Notes under the pieces: generated by a model
The model's database searches: none
The model's input: the letters and a program-made list of their open reading frames with translations, nothing else
Told to the model about the DNA's origin: nothing
Position numbers and translations under genes: made by a program
In this document: one piece after another, positions 19,352 to 29,159 of the stretch
Layout of the letters: each line of letters opens with the position of its first letter
Numbering within the stretch: the stretch's first letter is position 1
Assembly: GCA_001785985.1 (NCBI GenBank)
Contig: MFVE01000008.1
Location: 8,751-72,750 of the forward strand
Direction: 5' to 3'
Source: Candidatus Nomurabacteria bacterium RIFCSPLOWO2_01_FULL_42_17
Lineage (GTDB): Bacteria; Patescibacteriota; Minisyncoccia; Phycocordibacterales; UBA9973
DNA: 64,000 nt

Positions 19352-19372
19352 TGTAGACGTCCGACGTCTACA
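19352..19372. repeat. RAYT-1 palindrome, downstream copy
   Basis: TGTAGACGTC-C-GACGTCTACA. Confidence 0.92.
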
Positions 19373-19376
19373 AGTG

Positions 19377-20084
19377 TTAATCATCATTAAAGTGAAAGTC
19401 GATTTCTTCTAAATTATCACGTCTATCTTTAAAAGATTTCTTCCCCCTACTCTCTCGCACTATATCAATTATTTCTTTTCCGTGTCGGTAAAAATTTTCA
19501 TAACCGCCAAACCATTCAAGAAATTTATTTCCTTCTTTGGGATTTATAATAAAAAAATTACCTTTTTCATATTCTTCTTCACTACTACGCACTAATTTTA
19601 ATTTATTTTTTGAAATATTATGCACTTTATAATTCCACATTACATAAGCAAAAATCATTTCAAAATAATTTTCCTTTTCAGCATAATTTGATTTAAATTT
19701 CCCTTGAAGCAACGCTCCGCTTCGCCGATTTTTGTCATTAAAATATCTTGTGTATCCTCCTTGTAATCTTTTCATAAATTCACTGATACCGCCATCAATT
19801 TCCTGTTTTAAAATAAAATGAAAATGATTCGGATTAAGACAATATTCAACAATAGAAACCAATCTTTCTTTATTTTTAGGAATTTGGAGACGTCGGACGT
19901 CTACAAATGATTCTTGTTCGCGAAGTGCTAGTTCTAAACTTCCCACAGGATCTTTATAGGAAAATAATTTCATAGATAATAAAAATCTTGCAGCATCTTT
20001 TTCATCCATGAAAATAGAGCGCTTATCAACGCCTCTATTGTAAATGTGGAAATAAGAACCAGAAATAAAGGGATGTTTTCTCAT
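19377..20084 (-). mobile_element. REP-associated tyrosine (HUH/Y1) transposase, RAYT-1
   Basis: YFHIYNRG, CLNPNHFH (HUH), YTRYFN, GALLQGKFKS, AYVMWN; flanked by palindromes. Confidence 0.9.
19885..19905. repeat. RAYT-1 palindrome inside the transposase ORF
   Basis: TGGAGACGTC-G-GACGTCTACA; encodes VDVRRLQ (aa 61-67). Confidence 0.9.
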
Positions 20085-20100
20085 ATCTTTAGTATATCAT

Positions 20101-20121
20101 TGTAGACGTCGGACGTCTACA
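20101..20121. repeat. RAYT-1 palindrome, upstream copy abutting the -10 box
   Basis: TGTAGACGTC-G-GACGTCTACA next to TGATATACT on the minus strand. Confidence 0.92.
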
Positions 20122-20124
20122 CGG

Positions 20125-21267
20125 TTATTTCTCGTGGCTCAAAGCGATATCCACGAGAGCGCGAGCGATTTTCATCGCCGCATCATGTTTAGCAAAGGCT
20201 TTGGCGCTCTGTACCATCGAGTCGTAAACTCCTTTGTCCCCCGTTATCCTTTCAATTTCTGAGCTCAAAATATTGGCTGTCATATTCATTTCTTCTACTA
20301 CACTGCAAGCGCCCGCGCGAGCATAATTAAACGCATTTTTTTTCTGATGATCCATGTTGGTATGTGTGATCGGTATCAAAATGGATGGCACACCCCAAGA
20401 GGCTATCTCAAAAAGCATTGACCCCGCTCGAGAAATGATGATGGTGGCCGCGCCGGCAGCCATTTTCATCGCGAGAGGATTCAAAAAAGCCACCGAAAGA
20501 TACCTGGTCTTGTATTCATTCTCACTTAGCACGACTTCCGCCCTGTTCGTCACGCTCGTAAAATTCCTGACACCCGTCTGGTGGATAATCTGATAATTAT
20601 TCACCAATCTAGGCAATGCATCTAAGATAGTATTATTGATAAGTTCCGCGCCTTGAGAACCTCCCAAGACGAGGATCACTGGCAAACTCCCTTCAAGCTT
20701 AAAATAATCCAGCGCCTCTTTTTTAGGAGCAGGATTTTCTATTTCTGTTCTGATAGGCTGGCCCGTCCAAGCGATTTTTTTCTTTGGGAAGTGATCAGCC
20801 GCTTCTATGAAAGAAACAGCGATTTTTTTGGCAAAATGGCCAGCCCACCTATTCACCCGCCCCGGAGTAGAATCTGATTCATGGATCACTATTGGAATAC
20901 GTAAAATTCTCGCGGCAAAAATCGCCGGAAACGAGGCATATCCGCCCTTGCCAAAAACAACGTCTGGATAAATTGAAAACATTTTATAAAGCGCATTCAC
21001 GGTACCAAAAAAAATCTTTAAAATATCCCGGATATTTTTTAAAAAACTTTTAAAAGAAACATGGGTGCGCATTTTGCCAGTCTTGATCTCTTCATATATC
21101 AGCCCATTTTCAAAAAGCATTTCCTTGTCATAAGGATTGTCCGAGATATAGTAAAGCTTGGGCCCTAATATATTCTCGTGATCTATTATTTGATTGACTC
21201 TCTCGGTAACGGCAATAATGGGATAAAAGTGACCGCCCGAACCACCGCCTGTAAAAACTATTTTCAT
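20125..21267 (-). CDS. murG: Lipid II GlcNAc transferase
   Basis: MKIVFTGGGSGGH, GKGGYAS, GGSQGA, SRAG, HQKKNA. Confidence 0.95.
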   Translation of the reverse strand: MKIVFTGGGSGGHFYPIIAVTERVNQIIDHENILGPKLYYISDNPYDKEMLFENGLIYEEIKTGKMRTHVSFKSFLKNIRDILKIFFGTVNALYKMFSIYPDVVFGKGGYASFPAIFAARILRIPIVIHESDSTPGRVNRWAGHFAKKIAVSFIEAADHFPKKKIAWTGQPIRTEIENPAPKKEALDYFKLEGSLPVILVLGGSQGAELINNTILDALPRLVNNYQIIHQTGVRNFTSVTNRAEVVLSENEYKTRYLSVAFLNPLAMKMAAGAATIIISRAGSMLFEIASWGVPSILIPITHTNMDHQKKNAFNYARAGACSVVEEMNMTANILSSEIERITGDKGVYDSMVQSAKAFAKHDAAMKIARALVDIALSHEK

Positions 21268-21268
21268 A

Positions 21269-21309
21269 TACTTTATAACTTTATGAACTTTTTGCTTTAT
21301 AACTACTTT
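21269..21309 (-). repeat. AAAGTTAT/AAAGTTCAT periodic repeat
   Basis: Minus strand gttataaagcaaaaagttcataaagttataaagt just before the murG ATG. Confidence 0.6.
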
Positions 21310-22390
21310 TAGATACCTGCAACACGATGCCAATCGCCATGAGGTATATCATGAGCGAAGTGCCCCCATGGCTCATGAAAGGAAGTGGGACGCCGGTCAA
21401 TGGAAAAACTCCAGTAATCGAAGCAATGTGCATAAATGACTGCACGGTAATCAGTATAACAATTCCAGAGACCAAAAGTCTACTAAAGAGATCCGGAGCA
21501 CTGTTCCCAATACGAAATCCACGCAGGGCAAAAAGCACATAGATAAATATGACACTGGCCGCTCCGACAAAACCCAGCTCTTCACCCACTACGGCAAAAA
21601 TGGAGTCCCCTTGCGGTTCTGGAAGATAACTGAACTTTTGAATGCTTTGACCAAATCCCCTGCCGAATATTCCACCTGACCCCATGGCAATCAGCGATTG
21701 TTGAATTTGATAGGAAGATCCCCTAGGATCGGCAGATGGATCGATAAAAGTTTTTACTCTCTCTTGCAAATAGGGCGTAAAAAAAATTAGAGTTCCCAAA
21801 AGAAATACTCCCCCGACACCCACTCCTAAAATATATTTAATAGGAACACCGGAGATAAAAAGCATCACGATTCCAGTTACGGTGATTAAAATAAAACTTT
21901 TAGTATCGGGTTGTTTAAGTAAAATGACAGCGATGAGCGCGAGCATTATAGTAAATGGCAGAATTCCAAACTTGAAATCCTGCACTTTGTTCTTTACCCA
22001 AGACAGCCAAGCGGCAAAATAAATCACGAATCCCAATTTTAAAAATTCCACCGGCTGAAAAGAAAAACCACCGAGCTCTATCCATCTTTGCGCGCCACCA
22101 TGACTCCAGCCAAAGTGGGGTATAAAAACAGCGGCGGTTAAAAGTATTGATCCTAAAAAAATCAAAAAAGAATATTTGCGCCAAAACTTGTAATTTATTT
22201 TTGAACAAAAATACATGAGAGCGAGCCCAACCCCAAGACCTAAAACCAGCTGGCTAAAAAGAACTGAGTAAAAAGTTTTTGCATTTTTAGCCAAGATCCC
22301 CAAGGACGCAGAAACAAACATCGCAACTCCAAAAACAACAAGCAGAAATATTATTATCAGAAAAAATCTATCTATCTTCTTTTCTCTCAT
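21281..22390 (-). CDS. ftsW: SEDS peptidoglycan polymerase FtsW
   Basis: GAQRWI, QPVEFLK, KQPD, YLPEPQGD, MSHGGTS. Confidence 0.93.
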   Translation of the reverse strand: MREKKIDRFFLIIIFLLVVFGVAMFVSASLGILAKNAKTFYSVLFSQLVLGLGVGLALMYFCSKINYKFWRKYSFLIFLGSILLTAAVFIPHFGWSHGGAQRWIELGGFSFQPVEFLKLGFVIYFAAWLSWVKNKVQDFKFGILPFTIMLALIAVILLKQPDTKSFILITVTGIVMLFISGVPIKYILGVGVGGVFLLGTLIFFTPYLQERVKTFIDPSADPRGSSYQIQQSLIAMGSGGIFGRGFGQSIQKFSYLPEPQGDSIFAVVGEELGFVGAASVIFIYVLFALRGFRIGNSAPDLFSRLLVSGIVILITVQSFMHIASITGVFPLTGVPLPFMSHGGTSLMIYLMAIGIVLQVSKSSYKAKSS

Positions 22391-22398
22391 GATTTAAT

Positions 22399-22430
22399 GA
22401 GGCAAGACCTAACATGTTAGGTCTTGCCTC
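22399..22430. repeat. 32-bp perfect palindrome
   Basis: GAGGCAAGACCTAACA|TGTTAGGTCTTGCCTC between mraY and ftsW. Confidence 0.9.
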
Positions 22431-22434
22431 TAAC

Positions 22435-23490
22435 TTATCTGCTTATAATTGCTAAAATTATACCGATAATGGCAAAGATGACGGAGATAATCCAAAAACG
22501 CATCGTAACCTTGTAAGAAGACCAGCCAATTGCTTCAAAATGGTGATGAAGCGGGGCAAGTTTGAACAATCTTTTTCCTCCTCTAAATTTTTTCGAGGCC
22601 ATCTGTAAAATAACCGAAGCAGATGTGAGAACTAGGGGCAAAGCGACAATGGGAAGAATAAAAACTGAATCAGTCAAAAATGCCAGCGTCGCGAGGGTAA
22701 TAGTGAGGCCCATGATGCCCGTCTCTCCCATAAAAAATCTAGCCGGAGGAATGTTGAACCACAGAAATGCCAAGATCGCCCCGGTAATAACGGCTGAAAA
22801 TGCGGCGATATCGATCTGATTGTTGGCATAAGCTATCGCCGAGTAAGCGGCAAAAATAGATGCTAAAACCCCTCCAGAAAGTCCATCGATCCCATCTATC
22901 ACTCCCCCGGAAAAAGTAGCCAAGGCGACGATGATAAAAAATGGAACAATTAAAATGCCTAAATAGATTTCTCCAAAAAAAGGAATATGCAGCGAGGTTA
23001 TGCCTAATTTATAAAAAAACCACATTCCTATCATAAGAGACATAAAGGTAATGAGAAAGACTTTCCATTTGCGCCAAGATTTATCGTCCCGAGCAAACCT
23101 GCCGCTGCCATAAATCTGAATCAAGTCGTCCCAAAGCCCGATCAATGACCCTATCAAAAGCGTAAAAATAGGTATGAGGGTTTGATTGCGGCTCAAGAAA
23201 TTTATTTCAGAACTATAGCTGGAAGGAAAGAAAATTGAGGCTAAATAAAAAATAAGCGTGGTCGTCAAGACAGAAATCCAGATGATCACCCCGCCCACTC
23301 TGGGTGTGCGGAGTTCCTCCTTCTCTTTATTAATCTTTTGAAAATCTGAAGTGGTTCCGTTAGCGCTCCTAGAATACCTCTTCCACATTTTATATTTGTA
23401 AAAAAAATGAGTCGCGATTGGAGTAAAAAAAAGCCCGAAAAAAAATGCAACCGCTGTCGGCAAAAATATTTTGATTAAGCTGAAATACAT
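22435..23490 (-). CDS. mraY: Phospho-MurNAc-pentapeptide transferase
   Basis: TPRVGG, DGIDGL, PARFFMGETG, APLHHHFE. Confidence 0.93.
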   Translation of the reverse strand: MYFSLIKIFLPTAVAFFFGLFFTPIATHFFYKYKMWKRYSRSANGTTSDFQKINKEKEELRTPRVGGVIIWISVLTTTLIFYLASIFFPSSYSSEINFLSRNQTLIPIFTLLIGSLIGLWDDLIQIYGSGRFARDDKSWRKWKVFLITFMSLMIGMWFFYKLGITSLHIPFFGEIYLGILIVPFFIIVALATFSGGVIDGIDGLSGGVLASIFAAYSAIAYANNQIDIAAFSAVITGAILAFLWFNIPPARFFMGETGIMGLTITLATLAFLTDSVFILPIVALPLVLTSASVILQMASKKFRGGKRLFKLAPLHHHFEAIGWSSYKVTMRFWIISVIFAIIGIILAIISR

Positions 23491-23544
23491 ATATCCACTA
23501 TACCATTTTTTGATTAAAATGCATCAATGTGCTATTGTTTTCAA

Positions 23545-24390
23545 GTGAAAAAACATATTTCTAAACTTGCATTGTCTTTCGCCACATTTCTTTTTGTATT
23601 CCTGTTGTTTACACCCTACTTTACGACAGACTTCATGGATTTAAGACAGCAAAAAGAAAACGAGGAAAATTATCAAAGATTTCTGCAAGAAAAAATTGCG
23701 CAAGAAATTGCAAAAAGAAACGCTGAAGACAAAATCTACTTGACTGGCAAATTTGACCCGAATCTGCGGGAAGATTTTGCTCTGGTGCCCTCACAATACA
23801 ACATCGCCAGATACAAGATGTATTTAAGAAAAGAGACTTTGGATGCTTTTGGGGACATGGCAGAAGCTGCCGCAAAAGATTCTATAGAATTGAATATAAC
23901 TTCCGCTACCAGAAATTTTGATTACCAAAAAGATCTCTGGAATAGAAAGTGGGACAGCACGACGTTGGCAGAAAAAAAAGATCTATCAGAAGACATGCTC
24001 GATGAGATAAAGAGGTTTAAGAAGATATTGGAATATAGCGCTGCTCCCGGCACATCTAGACATCATTGGGGCACAGAAATAGATATTAATAGCGTAACTC
24101 CAAAATTTTTTGAGACAAGCGAGGGTAAAAAAGTATACGAATGGCTCCAAGTAAATGCTCCCGTCTTCGGATTTTGCCAGACTTATAATGAAAAGGGTGA
24201 AAGCAGACAAGCCGGGTACAACGAAGAAAAATGGCATTGGTCCTATATGCCACTGTCCCGAACTCTCACGCAAGAATATAAAAAATTGATAAAAGATGAA
24301 GACATCACAGGATTCTTGGGCGACCAATATGTCCCCGCTTTAAATTTAATCAATAATTATGTACTCAACATCAATCCTGATTGCTTTTAA
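23545..24390 (+). CDS. VanY-like M15 D-Ala-D-Ala carboxypeptidase
   Basis: SATRNFDYQ, PGTSRHHWGTEID, EEKWHW; probable GTG start. Confidence 0.88.
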   Translation: MKKHISKLALSFATFLFVFLLFTPYFTTDFMDLRQQKENEENYQRFLQEKIAQEIAKRNAEDKIYLTGKFDPNLREDFALVPSQYNIARYKMYLRKETLDAFGDMAEAAAKDSIELNITSATRNFDYQKDLWNRKWDSTTLAEKKDLSEDMLDEIKRFKKILEYSAAPGTSRHHWGTEIDINSVTPKFFETSEGKKVYEWLQVNAPVFGFCQTYNEKGESRQAGYNEEKWHWSYMPLSRTLTQEYKKLIKDEDITGFLGDQYVPALNLINNYVLNINPDCF

Positions 24391-24964
24391 CTTCTTCCTC
24401 TAAATTCTTTGCCGCAACATCTATGGAATTTATAACTTCAGCATAGCCGGGCAGTTCTTCTACTGATTTTATACCCATAAAGGAGATCAGCTCAAAACTT
24501 GGTTTGTAGATAAAGCGCCTATTGTCTTTCGGATCTGTTATTTTTTCTACCAGCCCGCGGACGGACAAAGCGCGCAAGGTGAAGCTCGAATTCACGCCCC
24601 GGATATAATCAATCTCGGCGCGGGACACTCCATTTTTATAAAGCACAATAGACAGTGTTTCCAGACTTGCCTTGGAAAGTTCTTTATTCAGTTCTTCTTT
24701 CTGTAAATTCTCAATCAGATCGGACAACTCTGGCGCCGTGCCGAGCATAATTTCCCCGCCTGCATCAGCTATGCTTGAAGCATTGCGGGCAGGTTTTTCT
24801 TTTTCCAACAAAACTATCCCCCTGTCTTTTAAATTTTCTTTTAATTTTTCTACACCTTTGTTTATTTCTGTCTCTTCAACTTTCAAAATCTCCGAAAGTT
24901 TTTTACGTGCAATCGGCTCCCCTTTCCAAAATAATATAGCTTCTATCTTTTTTTCTATTTCCAT
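24371..24964 (-). CDS. scpB: SMC accessory protein ScpB with a 13-codon palindromic insert
   Basis: IEAILF, LSKASLETL, RAEIDYIRGV. Confidence 0.93.
   Translation of the reverse strand: MEIEKKIEAILFWKGEPIARKKLSEILKVEETEINKGVEKLKENLKDRGIVLLEKEKPARNASSIADAGGEIMLGTAPELSDLIENLQKEELNKELSKASLETLSIVLYKNGVSRAEIDYIRGVNSSFTLRALSVRGLVEKITDPKDNRRFIYKPSFELISFMGIKSVEELPGYAEVINSIDVAAKNLEEEVKSNQD
24755..24793 (-). repeat. Family A mini-palindrome, in frame in scpB (39 nt)
   Basis: CCTGCCCGCAATGCTTCAAGCATAGCTGATGCAGGCGGG = PARNASSIADAGG. Confidence 0.92.
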
Positions 24965-24969
24965 AAATT

Positions 24970-25719
24970 TTAATTTGCAATTTGCTCCTGCTTATTAAAT
25001 ATAATATCCCCCTTATCGCCTTCTTGGACCGCATCGATAATTCCTTGCCTCACAAGCTCTAATAAAGCCAAAAATCCGACTATCGCAACCACTTTTTCCT
25101 CCCGAGTCGTTATTTTGCCGTGCAAATCTTTAAAATTCATTTTCAGAGAATTTTGTATTCTTTCGGTAAGCCGATCGATCATCTCTTCAATACTGATGAC
25201 TTTGCGCACTTCCACCTCCGGCAAAAATACTTTCTTTGGCATTGAGCCTAGGACATTTTGAGCAAAACCCATCATGCTTTCTTTTGTAATTTGCGCATCC
25301 GGCAAAAATACTAGAACATCACTCTTTCTTTCAAGTGGCGCAAAAATTATGTTTTTACCAAAATTGTTTTTGATATTTCCTCCAAGTTTTGTAAAAAGTT
25401 CGTACAATCGCAATCTCTCCTCCAGATTTTTTATATCACCTTCTTCCTCCAACGTCAGATTCAGATTAGGCAAAAGTGATTTTGATTTGATCAAAATAAG
25501 GGTTGAGGCCACTAAAATAAAACTAGCGATTTGGGCAGAAGAAATCGAACCAGAAGCGCCAAGTTTGTTCATGTAACTCAAATAATCTTCCGTCACTGCC
25601 GAGAGCGAAACATCGTTTATGAAGAATTTGCGTTTTTCTATCAATTCCAAAAGCAAACCAAACGGTCCTTCAAAATTTGCCATTTTTATTGTATATGCGT
25701 GCTCCCTTTGGGTTTCCAC
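24970..25719 (-). CDS. scpA: SMC accessory protein ScpA
   Basis: FEGPFGLLLELI, IKSKSLLP, FLALLEL. Confidence 0.93.
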   Translation of the reverse strand: METQREHAYTIKMANFEGPFGLLLELIEKRKFFINDVSLSAVTEDYLSYMNKLGASGSISSAQIASFILVASTLILIKSKSLLPNLNLTLEEEGDIKNLEERLRLYELFTKLGGNIKNNFGKNIIFAPLERKSDVLVFLPDAQITKESMMGFAQNVLGSMPKKVFLPEVEVRKVISIEEMIDRLTERIQNSLKMNFKDLHGKITTREEKVVAIVGFLALLELVRQGIIDAVQEGDKGDIIFNKQEQIAN

Positions 25720-25725
25720 CCTTAT

Positions 25726-25735
25726 ATGCTAGCAT
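25726..25735. promoter_or_regulatory. Palindromic bidirectional extended -10 element
   Basis: ATGCTAGCAT reads TGcTAGCAT on both strands, 6 nt from both the scpA GTG and the pepN ATG. Confidence 0.65.
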
Positions 25736-25741
25736 TTCTTT

Positions 25742-28249
25742 ATGCAAAAGAAAAATACTGCGAGAAATTTCACCCGCCACAAAGGAGGGGTCCGCCTATC
25801 AAAAAATGTCATACCAATAGAATACGACATACAACTAAAACCAGATTTAGACAACTTTACTTTTTGGGGTATGGAAGTCATAACGCTTTTCATATTAAAA
25901 CCGACCAAAATATTAACTCTGCATTCTAAAGAGCTCGAAATTGAAACAGTTAGGATTGCAGATGTATATGCCAAAATTTCTTATGATGAAAAAAAGGAAA
26001 CAGCAACTTTTTTATTTCCCAAAAATATTTTAGCCGGCAAAAATAAATTAATAATAGTTTTCAAAGGAATATTGAATGATAAAATGCGCGGATTTTATCG
26101 CAGCCGTTATACTACCGGTGGCAAAGAATACCACATGGCGACAACCCAGTTTGAAGCTACAGATGCGCGCAGAGCATTTCCTTGTTTTGATGAACCAGCG
26201 CAAAAAGCTGTCTTCTATGTATCGCTCATCGTCCCACTCGGCAAGACCGCGATTTCCAATACGCTTCCCGTTTCCGTAGCAGAACATGAGGCGGGCTATC
26301 AAATAGTAAAGTTCTCGCCGACACCCAAAATGTCCACATATCTGCTCGCATTTATCGTCGGAGATTTTGAGTATATAGAATCCAAAACCAAGAATAACGT
26401 ACAAGTGCGGGTCTTTACTACTCCCGGCAAAAAACATCAAGCCGAGTTTGCTCTCGACTGCGCGGTAAAAACTTTAGAATTTTACGAAAAATATTTTGCT
26501 ATTGCTTATCCTCTTCCTGTCTTAGACATGATCGCTATTCCGGATTTTACATCCGGAGCAATGGAAAATTGGGGCGCGATCACTTATCGCGAGTCCGCTC
26601 TTTTGGTTGATGAAGAGCATTCCTCACTTTCGAATAAACAATGGGTAGCGCTGGTCATTGCCCACGAGATAGCGCATCAATGGTTCGGCAATCTAGTGAC
26701 AATGGAATGGTGGACTCATTTATGGCTCAATGAGGGTTTTGCTTCATATATAGAATATCTCGCAATAGACAAACTCTTCCCGCATTGGGATATTTGGACG
26801 CAATTTTCGAACAATGAGCTGGGCACAGCGCTTAGACTCGACGCCCTACTTCATACTCATCCGATCGAAATACCCGTGCATCACCCGGATGAAATCGGCG
26901 AGATATTCGATGAGGTGTCTTATTCCAAAGGCGCATCGATCATCCGAATGCTCGCGGATTATTTGGGTGAAAAAGATTTCAGAGACGGCCTCCGGCATTA
27001 CCTAAAAAAACATAGTTATAAAAATACTGAGACATTCCACCTCTGGGAATCATTTGAGAAGATTTCTAAAAAACCTGTCGCCAAAATGATGCATAATTGG
27101 ACTTCCGAGCCTGGATATCCAGTAGTAAAAGCTCAAATGATAAAGGGAAAAATAAATTTCTCTCAAAGTAGATTCTTCGCGAGCCCGATATCAGCAAAAA
27201 AAGTAAAAGGTAAAACAAAATGGGAAATCCCGATAAATTTCAAAAAAAATAAGGTAAATTTTGGTGAAGCAGGATTCTTTAGGACTGCATATTCTCCTGA
27301 ACTTCTCGAAAAATTAAAAATCCCGGTTGAAAAAAAACTTTTGTCCGCTCGCGATAGACTCGGCATCATCCGAGATCTATTTGCTCTCGCCGAAGCGGGC
27401 ACGATACCGACTACAGATGCACTAGAATTTTTGTCCGCATACAAAAAAGAAGACAATTATACCGTTTGGCTTGAAATTGCAATGGGTCTAGGGAGGTTAG
27501 AACAACTTTTGGCTAAGACCGACCTAAAAGCAAGACTAGACGGGCTGGTTTTCTCCCTATTCTCCCCTCTTGCCAAAAAATTGGGTTGGAAAAAGAAAAG
27601 AAACGAAGCTCACACTGATGCGCTCTTGCGTTCCCTGGCTATCTCTCGCGCCGGACGCGCCGGACGTTCGAGTGATGAAAAAATAATAAACGAAGCGAGA
27701 AAAAAATTTATTTTAATGCAAAAGGGCAAACATGTGCATCCCGATCTGCGCGGAGCTATTTATTCCATTATCGCAAAATGGGGAGGAAAATCAGAATACG
27801 ATCTTTTTATTAAAAAATATAAAAAAGAAACACTACATGAAGAAAAAAATAGAATCGGTAACGCTCTAGGAGATTTTCGTGATCCAAAATTATTAAAGCT
27901 TGCATGCGAATTTGCATTTTCGAATAATGTCCGAATGCAAGACACCATCGGCATCCTTTCTTCTGTAGGAGGAAATCCACTGGGACGAGATATCTGGCTC
28001 AATTTTATCCAGAAGAATTGGAAAACATTAGTCTCGCGTTACGGCGACGGCGGGCATACCCTCGCTCGACTGGTCAAAGCCATTTCCGGAAGCGCCGAAG
28101 AAAAGCATTTGAAAGCTTTTAAAAAATTCTTTGCCACGCACGACGCTCCGGGCGCGCAGCGCGCGATAGAGCAAGTCAAAGAGCGCTTAGAGGGCAATAT
28201 CGCATGGCTGAAACGAGATCATGAGAAAATCAATAATTTCTTGCTATAA
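25742..28249 (+). CDS. pepN: M1 aminopeptidase (puromycin-sensitive/ERAP-type architecture)
   Basis: TQFEATDARRAFPCFDEP, GAMENWG, HEIAHQW...NEG, ERAP1-like C-terminus. Confidence 0.92.
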   Translation: MQKKNTARNFTRHKGGVRLSKNVIPIEYDIQLKPDLDNFTFWGMEVITLFILKPTKILTLHSKELEIETVRIADVYAKISYDEKKETATFLFPKNILAGKNKLIIVFKGILNDKMRGFYRSRYTTGGKEYHMATTQFEATDARRAFPCFDEPAQKAVFYVSLIVPLGKTAISNTLPVSVAEHEAGYQIVKFSPTPKMSTYLLAFIVGDFEYIESKTKNNVQVRVFTTPGKKHQAEFALDCAVKTLEFYEKYFAIAYPLPVLDMIAIPDFTSGAMENWGAITYRESALLVDEEHSSLSNKQWVALVIAHEIAHQWFGNLVTMEWWTHLWLNEGFASYIEYLAIDKLFPHWDIWTQFSNNELGTALRLDALLHTHPIEIPVHHPDEIGEIFDEVSYSKGASIIRMLADYLGEKDFRDGLRHYLKKHSYKNTETFHLWESFEKISKKPVAKMMHNWTSEPGYPVVKAQMIKGKINFSQSRFFASPISAKKVKGKTKWEIPINFKKNKVNFGEAGFFRTAYSPELLEKLKIPVEKKLLSARDRLGIIRDLFALAEAGTIPTTDALEFLSAYKKEDNYTVWLEIAMGLGRLEQLLAKTDLKARLDGLVFSLFSPLAKKLGWKKKRNEAHTDALLRSLAISRAGRAGRSSDEKIINEARKKFILMQKGKHVHPDLRGAIYSIIAKWGGKSEYDLFIKKYKKETLHEEKNRIGNALGDFRDPKLLKLACEFAFSNNVRMQDTIGILSSVGGNPLGRDIWLNFIQKNWKTLVSRYGDGGHTLARLVKAISGSAEEKHLKAFKKFFATHDAPGAQRAIEQVKERLEGNIAWLKRDHEKINNFLL

Positions 28250-28325
28250 GATAGTTTTTATGATATAATACGAGAAACGTACAAACAGACCCTCATGGTC
28301 TTCACAATTTAAAAAAGGAAACAAA

Positions 28326-29051
28326 ATGAACAAAAACAACTCGGGGGAGTATTGGGATTCCCGACTCACCCAAAGTCCGGAAAATCCATTCCCCTTAGCC
28401 CCTAAAGACTGGATTGAAAAAGTGATGGCTAAATGGAAATCTGGTAATGATGCAGAAAGGGGGAAGTATGAGAGAAAGTATCGGAAAGAAAATCGACGGT
28501 TCGGAAATTTCTGCCGCAAAAAGATGTTGGTCGAACTTAAAAACATGGATCCTGGCAGGATAAATGTTTTGGGTTTAGGCCTTCGAAGAGACATTGCGTG
28601 GACGGAAATGGCCGTTAGAATGGGGTTCGGAGTCAGTATCTGGGACATGAGTCGATTTGCGTGTGAAAACGCAAGGCGAGAGCTAATGATATTGATGAAC
28701 ATCACCCAAGTCGAGATAATGGCTGGTTGGAAATCCGGGGAAATCGATGAACAGGATGCAGTAGCATATTACGCCTGTCAATTCATCGAACACCAGGGTG
28801 ACGAATTACCAATGTTCATGCATCATTTGGGAGAATTTCTCCGGGTTCCTGGACGCAAAGTTTATTTAATCCTTCCACGTCTGGAAGACAATCCGTCCAA
28901 TAAAGTAAAATGGAACTCGGCTTCCCCACCTCTCGACCACCAATGGCAGAAACCGTTACTGGAAGGATTCGGGGGGCAACTCAATATTTATGTCTTAGGT
29001 AAGCATAAATATTTTAACCGGATGTATACATTTGTCCGGATCAGCATGTAG
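28326..29051 (+). CDS. Hypothetical protein, weakly SAM-methyltransferase-like
   Basis: VLGLGLRRD..GVSIWDMS; TTGCTA-17-TATAAT promoter at 28241-28269 and terminator at ~29062-29103. Confidence 0.55.
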   Translation: MNKNNSGEYWDSRLTQSPENPFPLAPKDWIEKVMAKWKSGNDAERGKYERKYRKENRRFGNFCRKKMLVELKNMDPGRINVLGLGLRRDIAWTEMAVRMGFGVSIWDMSRFACENARRELMILMNITQVEIMAGWKSGEIDEQDAVAYYACQFIEHQGDELPMFMHHLGEFLRVPGRKVYLILPRLEDNPSNKVKWNSASPPLDHQWQKPLLEGFGGQLNIYVLGKHKYFNRMYTFVRISM

Positions 29052-29159
29052 AAAAAATCACTAGGGAGGGAACGAGGACAATCTCTTCTCTCCCTTTCTT
29101 TTTAAATTTAGTATAATCCCAGTAGTAGAGCAAAGCTCACTACAGGATAAATAAAAAAA

